A DNA stretch of 64,000 nt from Candidatus Omnitrophota bacterium (GCA_050250375.1 JBFWOS010000001.1:830361-894360); one strand, 5' to 3'. Shown: positions 10,254 through 20,417, numbered from the stretch's first letter. Notes: generated from the letters alone by a model not told the origin. Made by a program: numbers and translations.

Positions 10254-10607
10254 TTATCCTTCCGGCGGGTACATGAGCTGGGTTTTATAAAACTTCTTAA
10301 ATTTCTTGGCGTCTTCGGAATTGACATTCATGATTTTAACACCCGTATTAAAATCACCGGCATCAAACGACGGGTTCGACCAGATCACCTTCGCCAGTAA
10401 AGACAACGGACCGGTTTCTTTATCCAGGATTATTTTTAATTCAACGGAGTGCCCGCTGTTCACGGCGTGATCTGTTCTGAAACAAATCCCGGTATGGCTG
10501 ATATTCACGGTGGTAATGACGGCAAAGGGAAACTCTGATTCCCAAATACGGTAATTGCCTCTCATTTCGATGGTCAGGCGTTTGGATTCACGGTTGTTAT
10601 TGACCAT
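10254..10607 (-). CDS. PilZ domain (c-di-GMP receptor) protein
   Basis: RxxxR (RESKR) and NISHTG (D/NxSxxG) motifs; AKVIW. Confidence 0.85.
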   Translation of the reverse strand: MVNNNRESKRLTIEMRGNYRIWESEFPFAVITTVNISHTGICFRTDHAVNSGHSVELKIILDKETGPLSLLAKVIWSNPSFDAGDFNTGVKIMNVNSEDAKKFKKFYKTQLMYPPEG

Positions 10608-10727
10608 GGCTGTTCCCTTTCTCGGCGTGTGGATTAAGAAGCATATAATTGGATAACTGATCGCATTAATTTTAATGCTATTATAGTAAAAAAAGACGGT
10701 TGGGCAAATGGGTAATTTTGATTTCTT

Positions 10728-11024
10728 TTAGAATGATTTTCGTCGCTCTTCAAGGATCATATCAATTATCTTAAGGTATTTTCGGCTTTTATATAGAACC
10801 TGGACGGTCACCATAAAAGCCAGGAAGGCATAAAAAAAAGTGATCCGGTAAACGGAGGAAAGTAGATTTTCCGGCAGGACAAACGTCACAAAGGCATGCG
10901 CCATCAACAGAAAAGTCAGAATGACCAGAGAATAATAAAATTTCTGACGCTTTTGTTCGCCCTGGATCCATTTCATTTCTTTTTCAGAAGATACTTCAAG
11001 CCCCACGTGATTTTCCTTTCCCAT
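10728..11024 (-). CDS. Small two-TM membrane protein
   Basis: 98 aa ORF directly after the hydrolase stop; two hydrophobic helices. Confidence 0.65.
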   Translation of the reverse strand: MGKENHVGLEVSSEKEMKWIQGEQKRQKFYYSLVILTFLLMAHAFVTFVLPENLLSSVYRITFFYAFLAFMVTVQVLYKSRKYLKIIDMILEERRKSF

Positions 11025-11027
11025 CCA

Positions 11028-11813
11028 TTAGAAAATGGACTTCAAAAACGCCTGCATATCATTCCATGACCGCTCATCGGCTTCTTTATTATAAGCAATC
11101 GGCATGCCGAACTTCTGGGCATATTGATCCGCATCCGGATTTGTAAAACTGTGTTTCGCCCCGGGATAATTGATTAATTGATAATCGGCCCGGGCCTGCT
11201 CCATTTCCTCTTGAAAGGCCCTGACGTCTTCAGCCGGGATAAAAGAATCATCCGCCCCGTTGCAGACAAGGATCTTGGCCTTTATATCTCCCGGAGCGGC
11301 CTTAATCTTTGACCCCAGACTTCCATGAAAACTGACCACCCCTTTAAGAGCGGTACCCAAACGGGCCATATTAAGGACGGTTGACCCGCCGAAACAATAC
11401 CCGATAGCCGCGATCTTGCTGGAGTCTGTCTTGGAACTGCCCTTTAAAATCTCCAGCCCGGCTAAAAATCTCGCCTTGGCCACATCCATATTCTTGGTCG
11501 CTTCCTGGACAAAGGCCCCGGCTTCATCCGGATGTTGTGCCTGCTTTCCATCCCCATACATATCGATGGCTAACGCGACATAGCCCAACTCGGCCAGCAT
11601 CTTCGCGCGGTTGCGTACATAATCGTTGTGCCCCCACCATTCATGAACAATGATAATCCCCGGACGCTTTTTTTCAATAGTGTCATCCCAGGCCACAAAA
11701 CCGGTCAGCTCAACCCCTTCGGATTCATATTGGATCTCTTCGGTCCTGATCTCGGCTTGGGACTGGGTTGTCCCCATCAACAAAAGCACCAAAATTAAAA
11801 ATAATCGACGCAT
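11028..11813 (-). CDS. Dienelactone hydrolase family protein (secreted)
   Basis: HEWWG, GYCFGG nucleophile, HSFT; signal peptide. Confidence 0.92.
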   Translation of the reverse strand: MRRLFLILVLLLMGTTQSQAEIRTEEIQYESEGVELTGFVAWDDTIEKKRPGIIIVHEWWGHNDYVRNRAKMLAELGYVALAIDMYGDGKQAQHPDEAGAFVQEATKNMDVAKARFLAGLEILKGSSKTDSSKIAAIGYCFGGSTVLNMARLGTALKGVVSFHGSLGSKIKAAPGDIKAKILVCNGADDSFIPAEDVRAFQEEMEQARADYQLINYPGAKHSFTNPDADQYAQKFGMPIAYNKEADERSWNDMQAFLKSIF

Positions 11814-11839
11814 GGATATTTCCTTTCTTAAACAATGAT

Positions 11840-12445
11840 TCAATGATCTTTCTTCTTGCCCCACGTTTTCTCGACAAACGGACCCCGTCCGGAGAAATAC
11901 CGGTAACTTTGATAATGCCCCGGATTCTTTTTATAATAATCCTGGTGATAATCTTCCGCTGTATAAAAAATCGTCGCCGGTTTTATCTCGACCACAATCG
12001 GATCTTTAAATTTTCCGGAGGCCTCCAGATCTTTCTTGGACTGTTCAGCCGCCTTTTTCTGTTCTTCGTCATGGTAAAAAATGGCGGTCCTGTATTGGGA
12101 CCCCTTGTCTGCGAACTGGCCGTTTTTCTGCGTAGGATCAATATTCTGCCAGAATACGTCCAGCACCTGGGCATACGTCACCTTCGACGGGTCGAAGGTC
12201 ACTTCAACCGCTTCCGTATGGCCGGTTGATCCGGATGACACTTCCTGATAAGTCGGATCTTTCTGTTTCCCGTCCGTGTAACCGGATACGGCAGAAAGAA
12301 TGCCGTCCATCTGGTCAAACTCGGATTCAATACACCAGAAACATCCCCCGGCAAAAGTGGCTTTGGCTGATTTGGATTCTTGGCTATGGGCTGGTTTCAT
12401 CATTAACAATAATATAAAACAAAGGACCGTAAATTTCTTGAACAT
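11840..12445 (-). CDS. msrA: Peptide-methionine (S)-S-oxide reductase, exported
   Basis: FAGGCFWC, GHTE, QYRTAIF and AEDYHQDYY motifs. Confidence 0.96.
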   Translation of the reverse strand: MFKKFTVLCFILLLMMKPAHSQESKSAKATFAGGCFWCIESEFDQMDGILSAVSGYTDGKQKDPTYQEVSSGSTGHTEAVEVTFDPSKVTYAQVLDVFWQNIDPTQKNGQFADKGSQYRTAIFYHDEEQKKAAEQSKKDLEASGKFKDPIVVEIKPATIFYTAEDYHQDYYKKNPGHYQSYRYFSGRGPFVEKTWGKKKDH

Positions 12446-12490
12446 ATGATTTTATTTTACCCTTGATTGCCTGTTTGTCGAGAAAAATCC

Positions 12491-13483
12491 TTACGGATTG
12501 GCGCCCTTTTTTGAATAACCCAAAGCACCAAACAGCCCGTCATGTCCGTGAAGAAATTTCTGGTCATTCATGGCTTCAATCCACTTCTCTTTAATATACT
12601 CATTCTCTTCAACACGGGCATCGCCCCATTTATCCTTGGCCCACATCGGCATCGAGTCCCAATAGCTATTGATATAACAAAAAGCTTTCACGTTATAATC
12701 ATCGATGTGCTTGAACACAAACCGGTACCACCGTTTCCATGTGTCTTCACCATTCTTTGTTTCCAGTTTAATCGGAGTTGATTCGGCGAGCATCAAAGGT
12801 TTGTTTAAACTTTTGCATAAATCAGCGATTCTTTGCAGGCCATCGGTATTGTACGGGCTGAAATAAGACACCCCGACCCAGTCGACAAAATCATCCCCCG
12901 GATACCAATCCATCTGGGGACGATCATAGATGGGGCCGTGCGCATGCCAGACATAAGCCACATTGTCGACACCCTGATCCCTTAAATGATTCACGATATA
13001 CCGATAGGCCTCAATGTATTTTCCCGGCGCATAATCATTGAGCGGAGAATCAAACTCATACCCGATCCGCAGATAAAACGGACAGTCATGGTCATTAAAA
13101 AATTTAGCCAGCTTAACGATATGATCATCGAAGGCCCCGGCCGTAACCATGTCCAGCGCCCCGACCATATAAAGACCGATCTGGATCGCGCTGTCGGGAA
13201 ATTGTTCGATTAACCACTGCATATGCTGGTCACCCGAACCATAGTCCGCCGGCGCATACAACCCGTCCATTTTCTGGATCGATGTATAAACCATCACGCC
13301 GGCCGGCGTAATACCGACCGCTTTATGGTATTTGTCGATCGTATCTTTGTCCTGACCGACAAATACGAGCACGTTGCCTTCCGGCGGAACAAATTTTGAT
13401 TTCTGGAAACCATCAGCCCGGGCATGGGTAACGGAGAAAATGAAGATTAAAACCGAGAGGGATATGAAATTTTTCTTCTTCAT
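12491..13483 (-). CDS. Secreted glycoside hydrolase, GH26 (beta-mannanase-like)
   Basis: RIGYEF acid/base, WYPGDDFVDWVG, LAES nucleophile; signal peptide. Confidence 0.85.
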   Translation of the reverse strand: MKKKNFISLSVLIFIFSVTHARADGFQKSKFVPPEGNVLVFVGQDKDTIDKYHKAVGITPAGVMVYTSIQKMDGLYAPADYGSGDQHMQWLIEQFPDSAIQIGLYMVGALDMVTAGAFDDHIVKLAKFFNDHDCPFYLRIGYEFDSPLNDYAPGKYIEAYRYIVNHLRDQGVDNVAYVWHAHGPIYDRPQMDWYPGDDFVDWVGVSYFSPYNTDGLQRIADLCKSLNKPLMLAESTPIKLETKNGEDTWKRWYRFVFKHIDDYNVKAFCYINSYWDSMPMWAKDKWGDARVEENEYIKEKWIEAMNDQKFLHGHDGLFGALGYSKKGANP

Positions 13484-13516
13484 AAAGCGTCCGAAGAAAT
13501 GCTTCGTTTTGCGAAA

Positions 13517-16318
13517 TTAAATTTCTTTGACCACCGATACGCACTCTGAACAGAGGGATGAGTGATCCTTGTCCTGGCCGACGTCCGTCCTGTATTTCCA
13601 GCAACGGCCGCATTTTTCACCGTCAGCCTCTTCAATCACGACCTGAGTCTTCGCGAAATTTTCACTCAGCCCGGATGGGACGTTATCGACTTTATTCACA
13701 TTTGCCTGCGAGACAATAAACATCTCGGCCAGTTGTCCGCCGAATTGCGACAGATAAACAAAATCCCGTTCGCTCGACGTATTAAAAACCACCTTGGCTT
13801 CCAGTGAACTGCCGATCTCTTTGGCCGTGCGTTTATCTTCCAGGGCTTTCAGCACATACGGTCGCAACATAATCATCGGTTCAAAGTATTCGTCAATCTT
13901 GGCGCTTTTCCATTGTTCCGGAACGTCAAGGAATTCTAACAGGTGAACGCTTTGTACACCTTTCATCGACTTCTCTTTGGGCATGAACAAAAAGACTTCT
14001 TCCGCCGTAAACGTAATGACCGGGGCCAGCCACCGGACGAGATGGTTCAGGATATGATACAAGGCGGTCTGGGCCGCTTTGCGTGTCCCGGACTTGGCCG
14101 CACTGACATAAAGCCGGTCTTTGATGATATCCAGGTAAAAATTGGAAAGGTCTTCATTGCAGAAACTGTAAATGGATTTGTAAACTTTCGAAAATTCATA
14201 CGCGTTATAATACTCGCTGAGCGAACAGGAAAGTTCAGACAATTTATTCAGCGCCCACTTATCCAGGTCCATAAGGTCATCATATTTTAATTGTTCCTGG
14301 TCAGGATTAAAGTCATAAAGATTGGATAACAGATACCGCAGGGTATTGCGGATCTTGCGGTACGCATCCACCAGCCGGTCCAGGACTTCTTTGGAAATGC
14401 GGATATCTTCATTGTAAGAACTGGACGCGACCCAGAGCCGGAGAATGTCGGCGCCGTTCTGTTCATAAATTTCCTGGGGAGCAATGACATTGCCGAGGGA
14501 CTTTGACATCTTGCGGCCCTGGCCGTCTACCACAAAACCGTGGGTCAGGACTTCTTTAAACGGGGCCTTGCCTTCCATGGCCACCGCCGGAATTAAGGAT
14601 GATTGAAACCAGCCGCGATGCTGGTCGGACCCTTCCAGATAAAGGTCGGTCGGCAATTCATCCTTGATCATATCCTTCACGACCGCCTGGCAGCTGACTC
14701 CGGAATCAAACCACACATCCAGGATATCAAAGGTCTTCTCAAAGTCAGCCTCACCGGTCTGCGGATCTTTGAAGCCATCAGGAATCAAGTCCAGGATATC
14801 TTTGATAAACCAGGCATCGGTCCCTTCCTTACGGGCAATGTCGGCGAAATGGTCGATCACCTCAGAATACAATTTGATTTCCCCGGTTGATTTTAATTTA
14901 AGCGCGGGAATCGGCACACCCCAGTAACGCTGGCGGGAAAGGCACCAGTCCGGCCGTCCGGCCACCATGGCCGTGATCCGTTCTTCTCCGGCCGGCGGAA
15001 CCCATTTGACCTCATTGGCAATAATTTCTTTGGCTTTGGCCCGCAATCCGTTATGATCAATTTTCATAAACCATTGCTGGGTCGCCCTGAAAATAATCGG
15101 TTTCTTGGAACGCCACGAATGCGGATATGAATGCGTGATATCCTCCCGTTTGAATAAAATCCCGGCGGATTGCAGATCTTCAATAATCAGCTTGTTCGCC
15201 TTCCAGACATGCTGGCCTTCATATTTACCCGCCTCTTTGGTGTAAATCCCTTTTTCATTGACGGGCATGACCACATCCAGTTTGTATTTCATGCCGGTCT
15301 GGTAATCGTCGGCTCCATGGCCCGGCGCCGTGTGGACCAGTCCGGTACCGTCTTCTTTGGTCACATAGTCGGCAGTCACAACCGGGCAGTCTTTGCGCAT
15401 ACCCAATGGATGATTATATTTTAGGGCCGTCAGGCTCGCGCCGTCGGTCTCTTTAATCACTTTGAAACCGGTCAGTTCGCCCTTGGCCAGGACTTTATCT
15501 CTTAAGGAACTTTCCACAATGAGCAGTTTGTCGTCCGTTTCCACGACCGAATATTTAAACGCCCCGTGCACGGAAACAGCCACATTAGCCACCAGCGTCC
15601 AGGGGGTGGTCGTCCAGACCAGCAGAAAACATTTCTTGGCAGCAGCAATGTTCAAGGCCTGCGGATTGGTGACTTCAAAAAAAACGTAGACGGAAGGCGA
15701 TGTGACATTTTCATATTCAACTTCTGCTTCAGCAAGCGCTGTTTCGTTCTCAATATCCCAATTTACTGGCTTCAATCCCCGGTAAATATAGCCTTTTTTA
15801 TTAAGATCCGATAATGATTTCAAAATCCAGTATTCATAATTCGGGTCGAGAGTCAGATATGGATGATCCCATTCACCAAATACCCCCAGCCGTTTGAACT
15901 CTTCGCGCTGGATGCCGACATAATTCATCGCGTATTCATGCGCCTGCTTGCGAAAATCCACGCTGTTGACATCCTCTTTGCGTTTGTTCATTTCCTGAAA
16001 AAGCTTGTGTTCAATCGGCAACCCATGGCAGTCCCAGCCCGGGACATAGTTGGTGTTGTATCCTTCCATGGTCTTAAATTTAACAATCATATCTTTGAGG
16101 ATTTTATTCAACGCGTGGCCGATGTGGATATGCCCGTTGGCATACGGCGGTCCGTCATGCAGGACAAACTTCTTTTTCCCGGCGCCTTTTTTCTTGATGG
16201 CGGAATATAAATCCGCATCCGCCCATTGTTTGAGGTAACCCGGCTCTTTAGTCGCCAGACCGGCCTTCATGGAGAATTCTGTTTGGGGTAAGTTCAGCGT
16301 TTTTCGATAGTCGATCAT
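13517..16318 (-). CDS. ileS: Isoleucine--tRNA ligase (type 1)
   Basis: GPPYANGHIHIGH, WTTTPWTL, GTGLVH, KMSKS and C-terminal CxxC..CxxC zinc finger. Confidence 0.99.
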   Translation of the reverse strand: MIDYRKTLNLPQTEFSMKAGLATKEPGYLKQWADADLYSAIKKKGAGKKKFVLHDGPPYANGHIHIGHALNKILKDMIVKFKTMEGYNTNYVPGWDCHGLPIEHKLFQEMNKRKEDVNSVDFRKQAHEYAMNYVGIQREEFKRLGVFGEWDHPYLTLDPNYEYWILKSLSDLNKKGYIYRGLKPVNWDIENETALAEAEVEYENVTSPSVYVFFEVTNPQALNIAAAKKCFLLVWTTTPWTLVANVAVSVHGAFKYSVVETDDKLLIVESSLRDKVLAKGELTGFKVIKETDGASLTALKYNHPLGMRKDCPVVTADYVTKEDGTGLVHTAPGHGADDYQTGMKYKLDVVMPVNEKGIYTKEAGKYEGQHVWKANKLIIEDLQSAGILFKREDITHSYPHSWRSKKPIIFRATQQWFMKIDHNGLRAKAKEIIANEVKWVPPAGEERITAMVAGRPDWCLSRQRYWGVPIPALKLKSTGEIKLYSEVIDHFADIARKEGTDAWFIKDILDLIPDGFKDPQTGEADFEKTFDILDVWFDSGVSCQAVVKDMIKDELPTDLYLEGSDQHRGWFQSSLIPAVAMEGKAPFKEVLTHGFVVDGQGRKMSKSLGNVIAPQEIYEQNGADILRLWVASSSYNEDIRISKEVLDRLVDAYRKIRNTLRYLLSNLYDFNPDQEQLKYDDLMDLDKWALNKLSELSCSLSEYYNAYEFSKVYKSIYSFCNEDLSNFYLDIIKDRLYVSAAKSGTRKAAQTALYHILNHLVRWLAPVITFTAEEVFLFMPKEKSMKGVQSVHLLEFLDVPEQWKSAKIDEYFEPMIMLRPYVLKALEDKRTAKEIGSSLEAKVVFNTSSERDFVYLSQFGGQLAEMFIVSQANVNKVDNVPSGLSENFAKTQVVIEEADGEKCGRCWKYRTDVGQDKDHSSLCSECVSVVKEI

Positions 16319-16420
16319 AATATAAAGATTGTTTTTCCGATTGAATTAAAGTCCTAAACTACCACAAATGCCCACGGGTGTCAATTTTCCGCTCAAGCGT
16401 TTTTTGGAAAAAAGATAAAT

Positions 16421-17383
16421 TTATTTTATTGTGGCTTTAATTTGATTAATTAAATTTTCTTTTAGTGCATCCCATTTATCGTTCTCCCAAACAATATGTG
16501 CATATTGACGAGTATCGAAATGCAATCTTTTTCGTTTGCCAGTGTTAGTATCAACGTCATCCATATGATCTTTCCGACACAATTTAACAACATCTAACCC
16601 CATTCCCATGGCATAGCCCGCTTCAAAGTAAGCCCCATTGTTTTGATCGGTAAAATCAGCGATAATGAACCGAGACTCTTTGATATCACTAATTATTTTA
16701 TGTGAAATATCATCATTATGCCTTTGATCAGATACTAAATTTGCTTCAAAACCACATTCATTACAAGCTTCTTTGATTGTACGGACCAATTCTTCTTGAT
16801 AATCAGTTCCGAATTGACACGCTATAAAAACTTTCTTACTCGAAACATTAATTTCTTTTAATCCCTCATATTTCTGCCAACCTGTCACCGTTGTACGACA
16901 CTTATACTTAGTCAAAGTTCCAACAGGGCCAGAATCAGTATTAAGCTCAATCCATTTTCTTTCTTGTAGATATTCTAATATGGTTTTAAGATCTCCTGGA
17001 GCACTCAAGTAAAAACGATATACATCATTATCGGTTAACTCAACTTTAGTTAAAACCTTAGGAGCGTTAGCATAAATAAATTTCAGAATGTGATTTGTTT
17101 TATCGGGGACCGATATTTTGGTGAACCGTGAAACAATGTCTGATATTTGTCCACACATTTGAGACGTTATACTTAACAAATTTCTATCTGAAGATATATT
17201 ACGTATGTATCCAGAGAACAAATGCAAATGATCTTGAGGAATTCTTTGAAAATTCGTATCTTCCAAAGCCTCCTGTGAAATTCGATAAAGACCACACATA
17301 GGGCATTCTACCTCGACAATATCACGAGATTTAATCTCTTCCCACCTTGTGGTTTCTTTATTGCAAAAATTGCAATTATCCAT
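16421..17383 (-). CDS. Zn-ribbon plus nucleoside 2-deoxyribosyltransferase/TIR-like domain protein (AT-rich)
   Basis: N-terminal CNFC...CPMC; C-terminal KVFIA, IIADFTDQNNGAYFEAGYA and LHFD motifs. Confidence 0.75.
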   Translation of the reverse strand: MDNCNFCNKETTRWEEIKSRDIVEVECPMCGLYRISQEALEDTNFQRIPQDHLHLFSGYIRNISSDRNLLSITSQMCGQISDIVSRFTKISVPDKTNHILKFIYANAPKVLTKVELTDNDVYRFYLSAPGDLKTILEYLQERKWIELNTDSGPVGTLTKYKCRTTVTGWQKYEGLKEINVSSKKVFIACQFGTDYQEELVRTIKEACNECGFEANLVSDQRHNDDISHKIISDIKESRFIIADFTDQNNGAYFEAGYAMGMGLDVVKLCRKDHMDDVDTNTGKRKRLHFDTRQYAHIVWENDKWDALKENLINQIKATIK

Positions 17384-17411
17384 ATTCTCTCCTATAAAAT
17401 CAAATATAAAT

Positions 17412-18137
17412 TTATATTATAACCGACCGGGACAGCATTTCGCGCACACCGTTTTTGTCCTGGATATAGACTTCCGGGAGGAATTCGATGGCCTTGGGGA
17501 TCTGCTTTTCGATCACGGCCTGGATCCGCGCCTGCTGTTCGGTGTCGGCCGCGTCAAAAATCGGCTGATTGCTCAGGTCGTTCAATAACAAAATCCCCGG
17601 GTCATGGGCAAACTCAAAATTCTTGATCAGCTGTTTGACCAAAAGATCGAGAAAGACCGGTTTATCTTTAAACACCTCCACCGATGTCTTTAACGTGATC
17701 TTGCCCCAGTCTTCATGGAGCAATTTCTGAATGGTGCCGTAAGCGGATGAATATTTGACCAGGCGCTGCTCGCCGGGTTTAAGCTTGCGGGCCGTGTTAA
17801 GGATCACCGCGGCGAATTCGTTCTGGTTAAACGTGTTGATTTCTTTATGGATGTCGATAGTCAACAATTCAAATACATAAACCCCACGCACACTCAAGGC
17901 GGCGGTCGAGACGCTGTATTTCACAAAATCTTCAACCGCTTCCCAGAGGATATCTTCATCCTTGCGGATGACGTTGAGCGCGAGCATCACGCACGGCTGG
18001 TCTTCATGCACCGCCCGGTATTTGCGGACCTTGCCTTCCAGGTGCCCCTGGTAAAAAATTTCGTCAAAGATCGGCATATGCACAAACAGATTAGAGTGCT
18101 GTATGCCGCCGTTAATTAAATTATATTGTCCTTCCAT
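17412..18137 (-). CDS. Hypothetical cytoplasmic protein
   Basis: 241 aa ORF, purine-rich RBS (AAGAAAGGG), host-like composition; no motif recognised. Confidence 0.75.
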   Translation of the reverse strand: MEGQYNLINGGIQHSNLFVHMPIFDEIFYQGHLEGKVRKYRAVHEDQPCVMLALNVIRKDEDILWEAVEDFVKYSVSTAALSVRGVYVFELLTIDIHKEINTFNQNEFAAVILNTARKLKPGEQRLVKYSSAYGTIQKLLHEDWGKITLKTSVEVFKDKPVFLDLLVKQLIKNFEFAHDPGILLLNDLSNQPIFDAADTEQQARIQAVIEKQIPKAIEFLPEVYIQDKNGVREMLSRSVII

Positions 18138-18155
18138 AATGCCCTTTCTTTAATA

Positions 18156-18206
18156 CCCTACGTAGCTCAAACACGAGGCGCAGCGAAGTTTTTGAGCGAA
18201 GCAGGG
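18156..18206. repeat. Imperfect REP-like palindrome
   Basis: CCCT..GCTCAAA...TTTGAGC..AGGG arms in an intergenic gap. Confidence 0.55.
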
Positions 18207-19874
18207 CTATTTCACGACCAGAATTCTAACATCCCCTTGGGAATAAATCACCTGAAAAATATCCGGGTTAAGCAATGTCTTACCGTGGCCGACCTGTTTA
18301 AGCCGGTCATATTTTCCCTGATAAAATCCATCGAGGTCACCGTAGCCGTTCACGACAAATTCGATCCGGCGCAACACTCCGTCCGAATAAAAAACATGGG
18401 AAATCTTGTAACGGTTAATGATTTCCCTGACCCTGGCCGGGTCTTCGGTGTTATACATTTCATAAATGTCATCGAGTACCTGCCAGCTGTCGCTGATATA
18501 AGGAATTCCCGCGCCTTTTAAAGGAAACATACTGCCCAGCAGCGCCCGGCCCGCGCAGACCCCGCTGACCATCTGGGCCGTGTAATAATCTGCCAGGACC
18601 CTGTCCTTTGCCGTCGTATGTTCCCTGAACCAATAGGCCGCGCGGATTTCCTCCAGGCTGAGCATATGTTCTTCGTAGCGGTGATTAAGTTTGAACCCGC
18701 CGTAAAGATCCGCCGTCAGGACCACGACCATAATCATCCCGAACCCGGCACAAAAACGGCTCGCCTTCCATTCCCGCTTCTGAAAAAATCTTGATTTTAA
18801 AAATTGCTCCAGGGCCAGGGCCGCGCACAATGCCAGCGGCTGGGTTAAAAAGCTGTAGAACCGGAACCCTTCGATCGGGCGCACGAGATTGTTCCACATG
18901 AGCGCATTCTTCTGAAATAACAGCAGCATCCCTTCCATGTGCGATTCAATGATCGGATAAATCGCCCAATACACGGGTAGGAGATAAAACATCTCTTTTT
19001 TGTGTTTCCGGCGGAAGATAAAAAATACCAGAAAGAAAAACGCGAGATGCCCGATGACCGCGCTGACCGTCCCATAATGTTTCAATAACAGAATCCGGTC
19101 CGGTGAGGCCGTCGAGGTTGATAACCCTTTGGTCCACCACCAGTAAAGTTTTCCGGGAAGCCACCACCAGGCTGTCAGAAGCTGACTCAATAAAAATGCT
19201 CCGATTAAGTATGCCGTCTTCTTAAAAGAGCCGATCTTCTCAGTAACCAGGCTGACGTGAACAAACAATAAAATAATCACCAGATTAAAATAAGTCAGAT
19301 GGGTCAAGAAATTCACGGTCAGCAAAATGACAAAGATCAAAAAATGGATGAGGCGGTTTTTCAGGATAAATTTGTCCTGCAGGAACGTGACCCACAGCAG
19401 GATGGCCAGCGGTATGCAGAACATCGTGAAACCCTGCGGGGTCCCGATGGATGACCAGAAAATAAATGCCGGCGTCAACGCCAGGAAAACGGTCGAGACC
19501 ACCGCCACGCGCACAGAATAAAGGTAACGGCCGAGAAAATAAAACGGCAGGACCGCCGTTGACTCGACAAACGGCATGATCCGCGAGGTCACCGTCGGTA
19601 AATCAAGCGCCGTCAGTTTGCTTAACAGCGCGTAAATATAAACGGCGAACGGGTTGTACCAGAACGGGACATTCCCGTACGCGGAATAACGGATGTCCCA
19701 GACCGGCAAATGGCCGTTATCCAGAACATACTGGGCCAGGCATAACCGGTACCAGATGTCCGCGTCGAATGTCAACAAGTGCGGATCAAAGACCAGCTTC
19801 GGCAGAAGACGGATACATACACTAAAAATATAAATGAAAACGAGAAAAAATATTTCGGAAGGTTTCAACCGCAT
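18207..19874 (-). CDS. GT-C fold membrane glycosyltransferase (PMT/ArnT/STT3-like)
   Basis: About 13 TM segments, DxD (FDAD) in the first external loop, YNP motif, soluble C-terminal domain. Confidence 0.75.
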   Translation of the reverse strand: MRLKPSEIFFLVFIYIFSVCIRLLPKLVFDPHLLTFDADIWYRLCLAQYVLDNGHLPVWDIRYSAYGNVPFWYNPFAVYIYALLSKLTALDLPTVTSRIMPFVESTAVLPFYFLGRYLYSVRVAVVSTVFLALTPAFIFWSSIGTPQGFTMFCIPLAILLWVTFLQDKFILKNRLIHFLIFVILLTVNFLTHLTYFNLVIILLFVHVSLVTEKIGSFKKTAYLIGAFLLSQLLTAWWWLPGKLYWWWTKGLSTSTASPDRILLLKHYGTVSAVIGHLAFFFLVFFIFRRKHKKEMFYLLPVYWAIYPIIESHMEGMLLLFQKNALMWNNLVRPIEGFRFYSFLTQPLALCAALALEQFLKSRFFQKREWKASRFCAGFGMIMVVVLTADLYGGFKLNHRYEEHMLSLEEIRAAYWFREHTTAKDRVLADYYTAQMVSGVCAGRALLGSMFPLKGAGIPYISDSWQVLDDIYEMYNTEDPARVREIINRYKISHVFYSDGVLRRIEFVVNGYGDLDGFYQGKYDRLKQVGHGKTLLNPDIFQVIYSQGDVRILVVK

Positions 19875-19883
19875 GGACGCCTT

Positions 19884-20417
19884 TTAAAACGCGCCCCAAT
19901 CCTGGTCACCGGGTATATAGTGAGACGGACAGATGTATTTGAAGACATTGGCCACCCGCCGGGCTTTTTTCAGATCCTCTTTGCCTTTGGCCTGCATTGC
20001 CTTGACTTCCGGATTATTCATGAAGACCTCGTTGACAAATTTTTCTCCGGCCTGGTTGCGTTCTTTTTCCGTTTTGAACTGTTTGCGGATCGTCAGTAGT
20101 TCCCCTAAATCCAGCCAAAAACCTCCGCATTTCCCGCATTCGTCAACCGTAACCTGGCGTTTAGGGCTAAAATAACGGCGCAGCAAAGTGATATCCTCAC
20201 AACGCGGGCATTTGACCTTGGGCTTAACGTCCACGGAAGGATCGGCGTATTTTTCCATAGCCTTAACCAGTTCTTCCCCCTCGGATTCGTGCTCTTCGTC
20301 AAACTTCTTGATTTCAAAGTGGTCAAACCAGACGCCGCCGCAGCCGGTTGACACGTCAACCTTGACGCCGCCGAGTTCAATTTCTTTCATGGATTTTCCT
20401 GTCCTGGGACATAACAT
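19884..20417 (-). CDS. Tandem zf-TFIIB-type zinc-ribbon protein
   Basis: CPR..GCGGVWFD and CPRC...CGKCGGFWLD; RBS AAGGAG before MLCPR. Confidence 0.85.
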   Translation of the reverse strand: MLCPRTGKSMKEIELGGVKVDVSTGCGGVWFDHFEIKKFDEEHESEGEELVKAMEKYADPSVDVKPKVKCPRCEDITLLRRYFSPKRQVTVDECGKCGGFWLDLGELLTIRKQFKTEKERNQAGEKFVNEVFMNNPEVKAMQAKGKEDLKKARRVANVFKYICPSHYIPGDQDWGAF

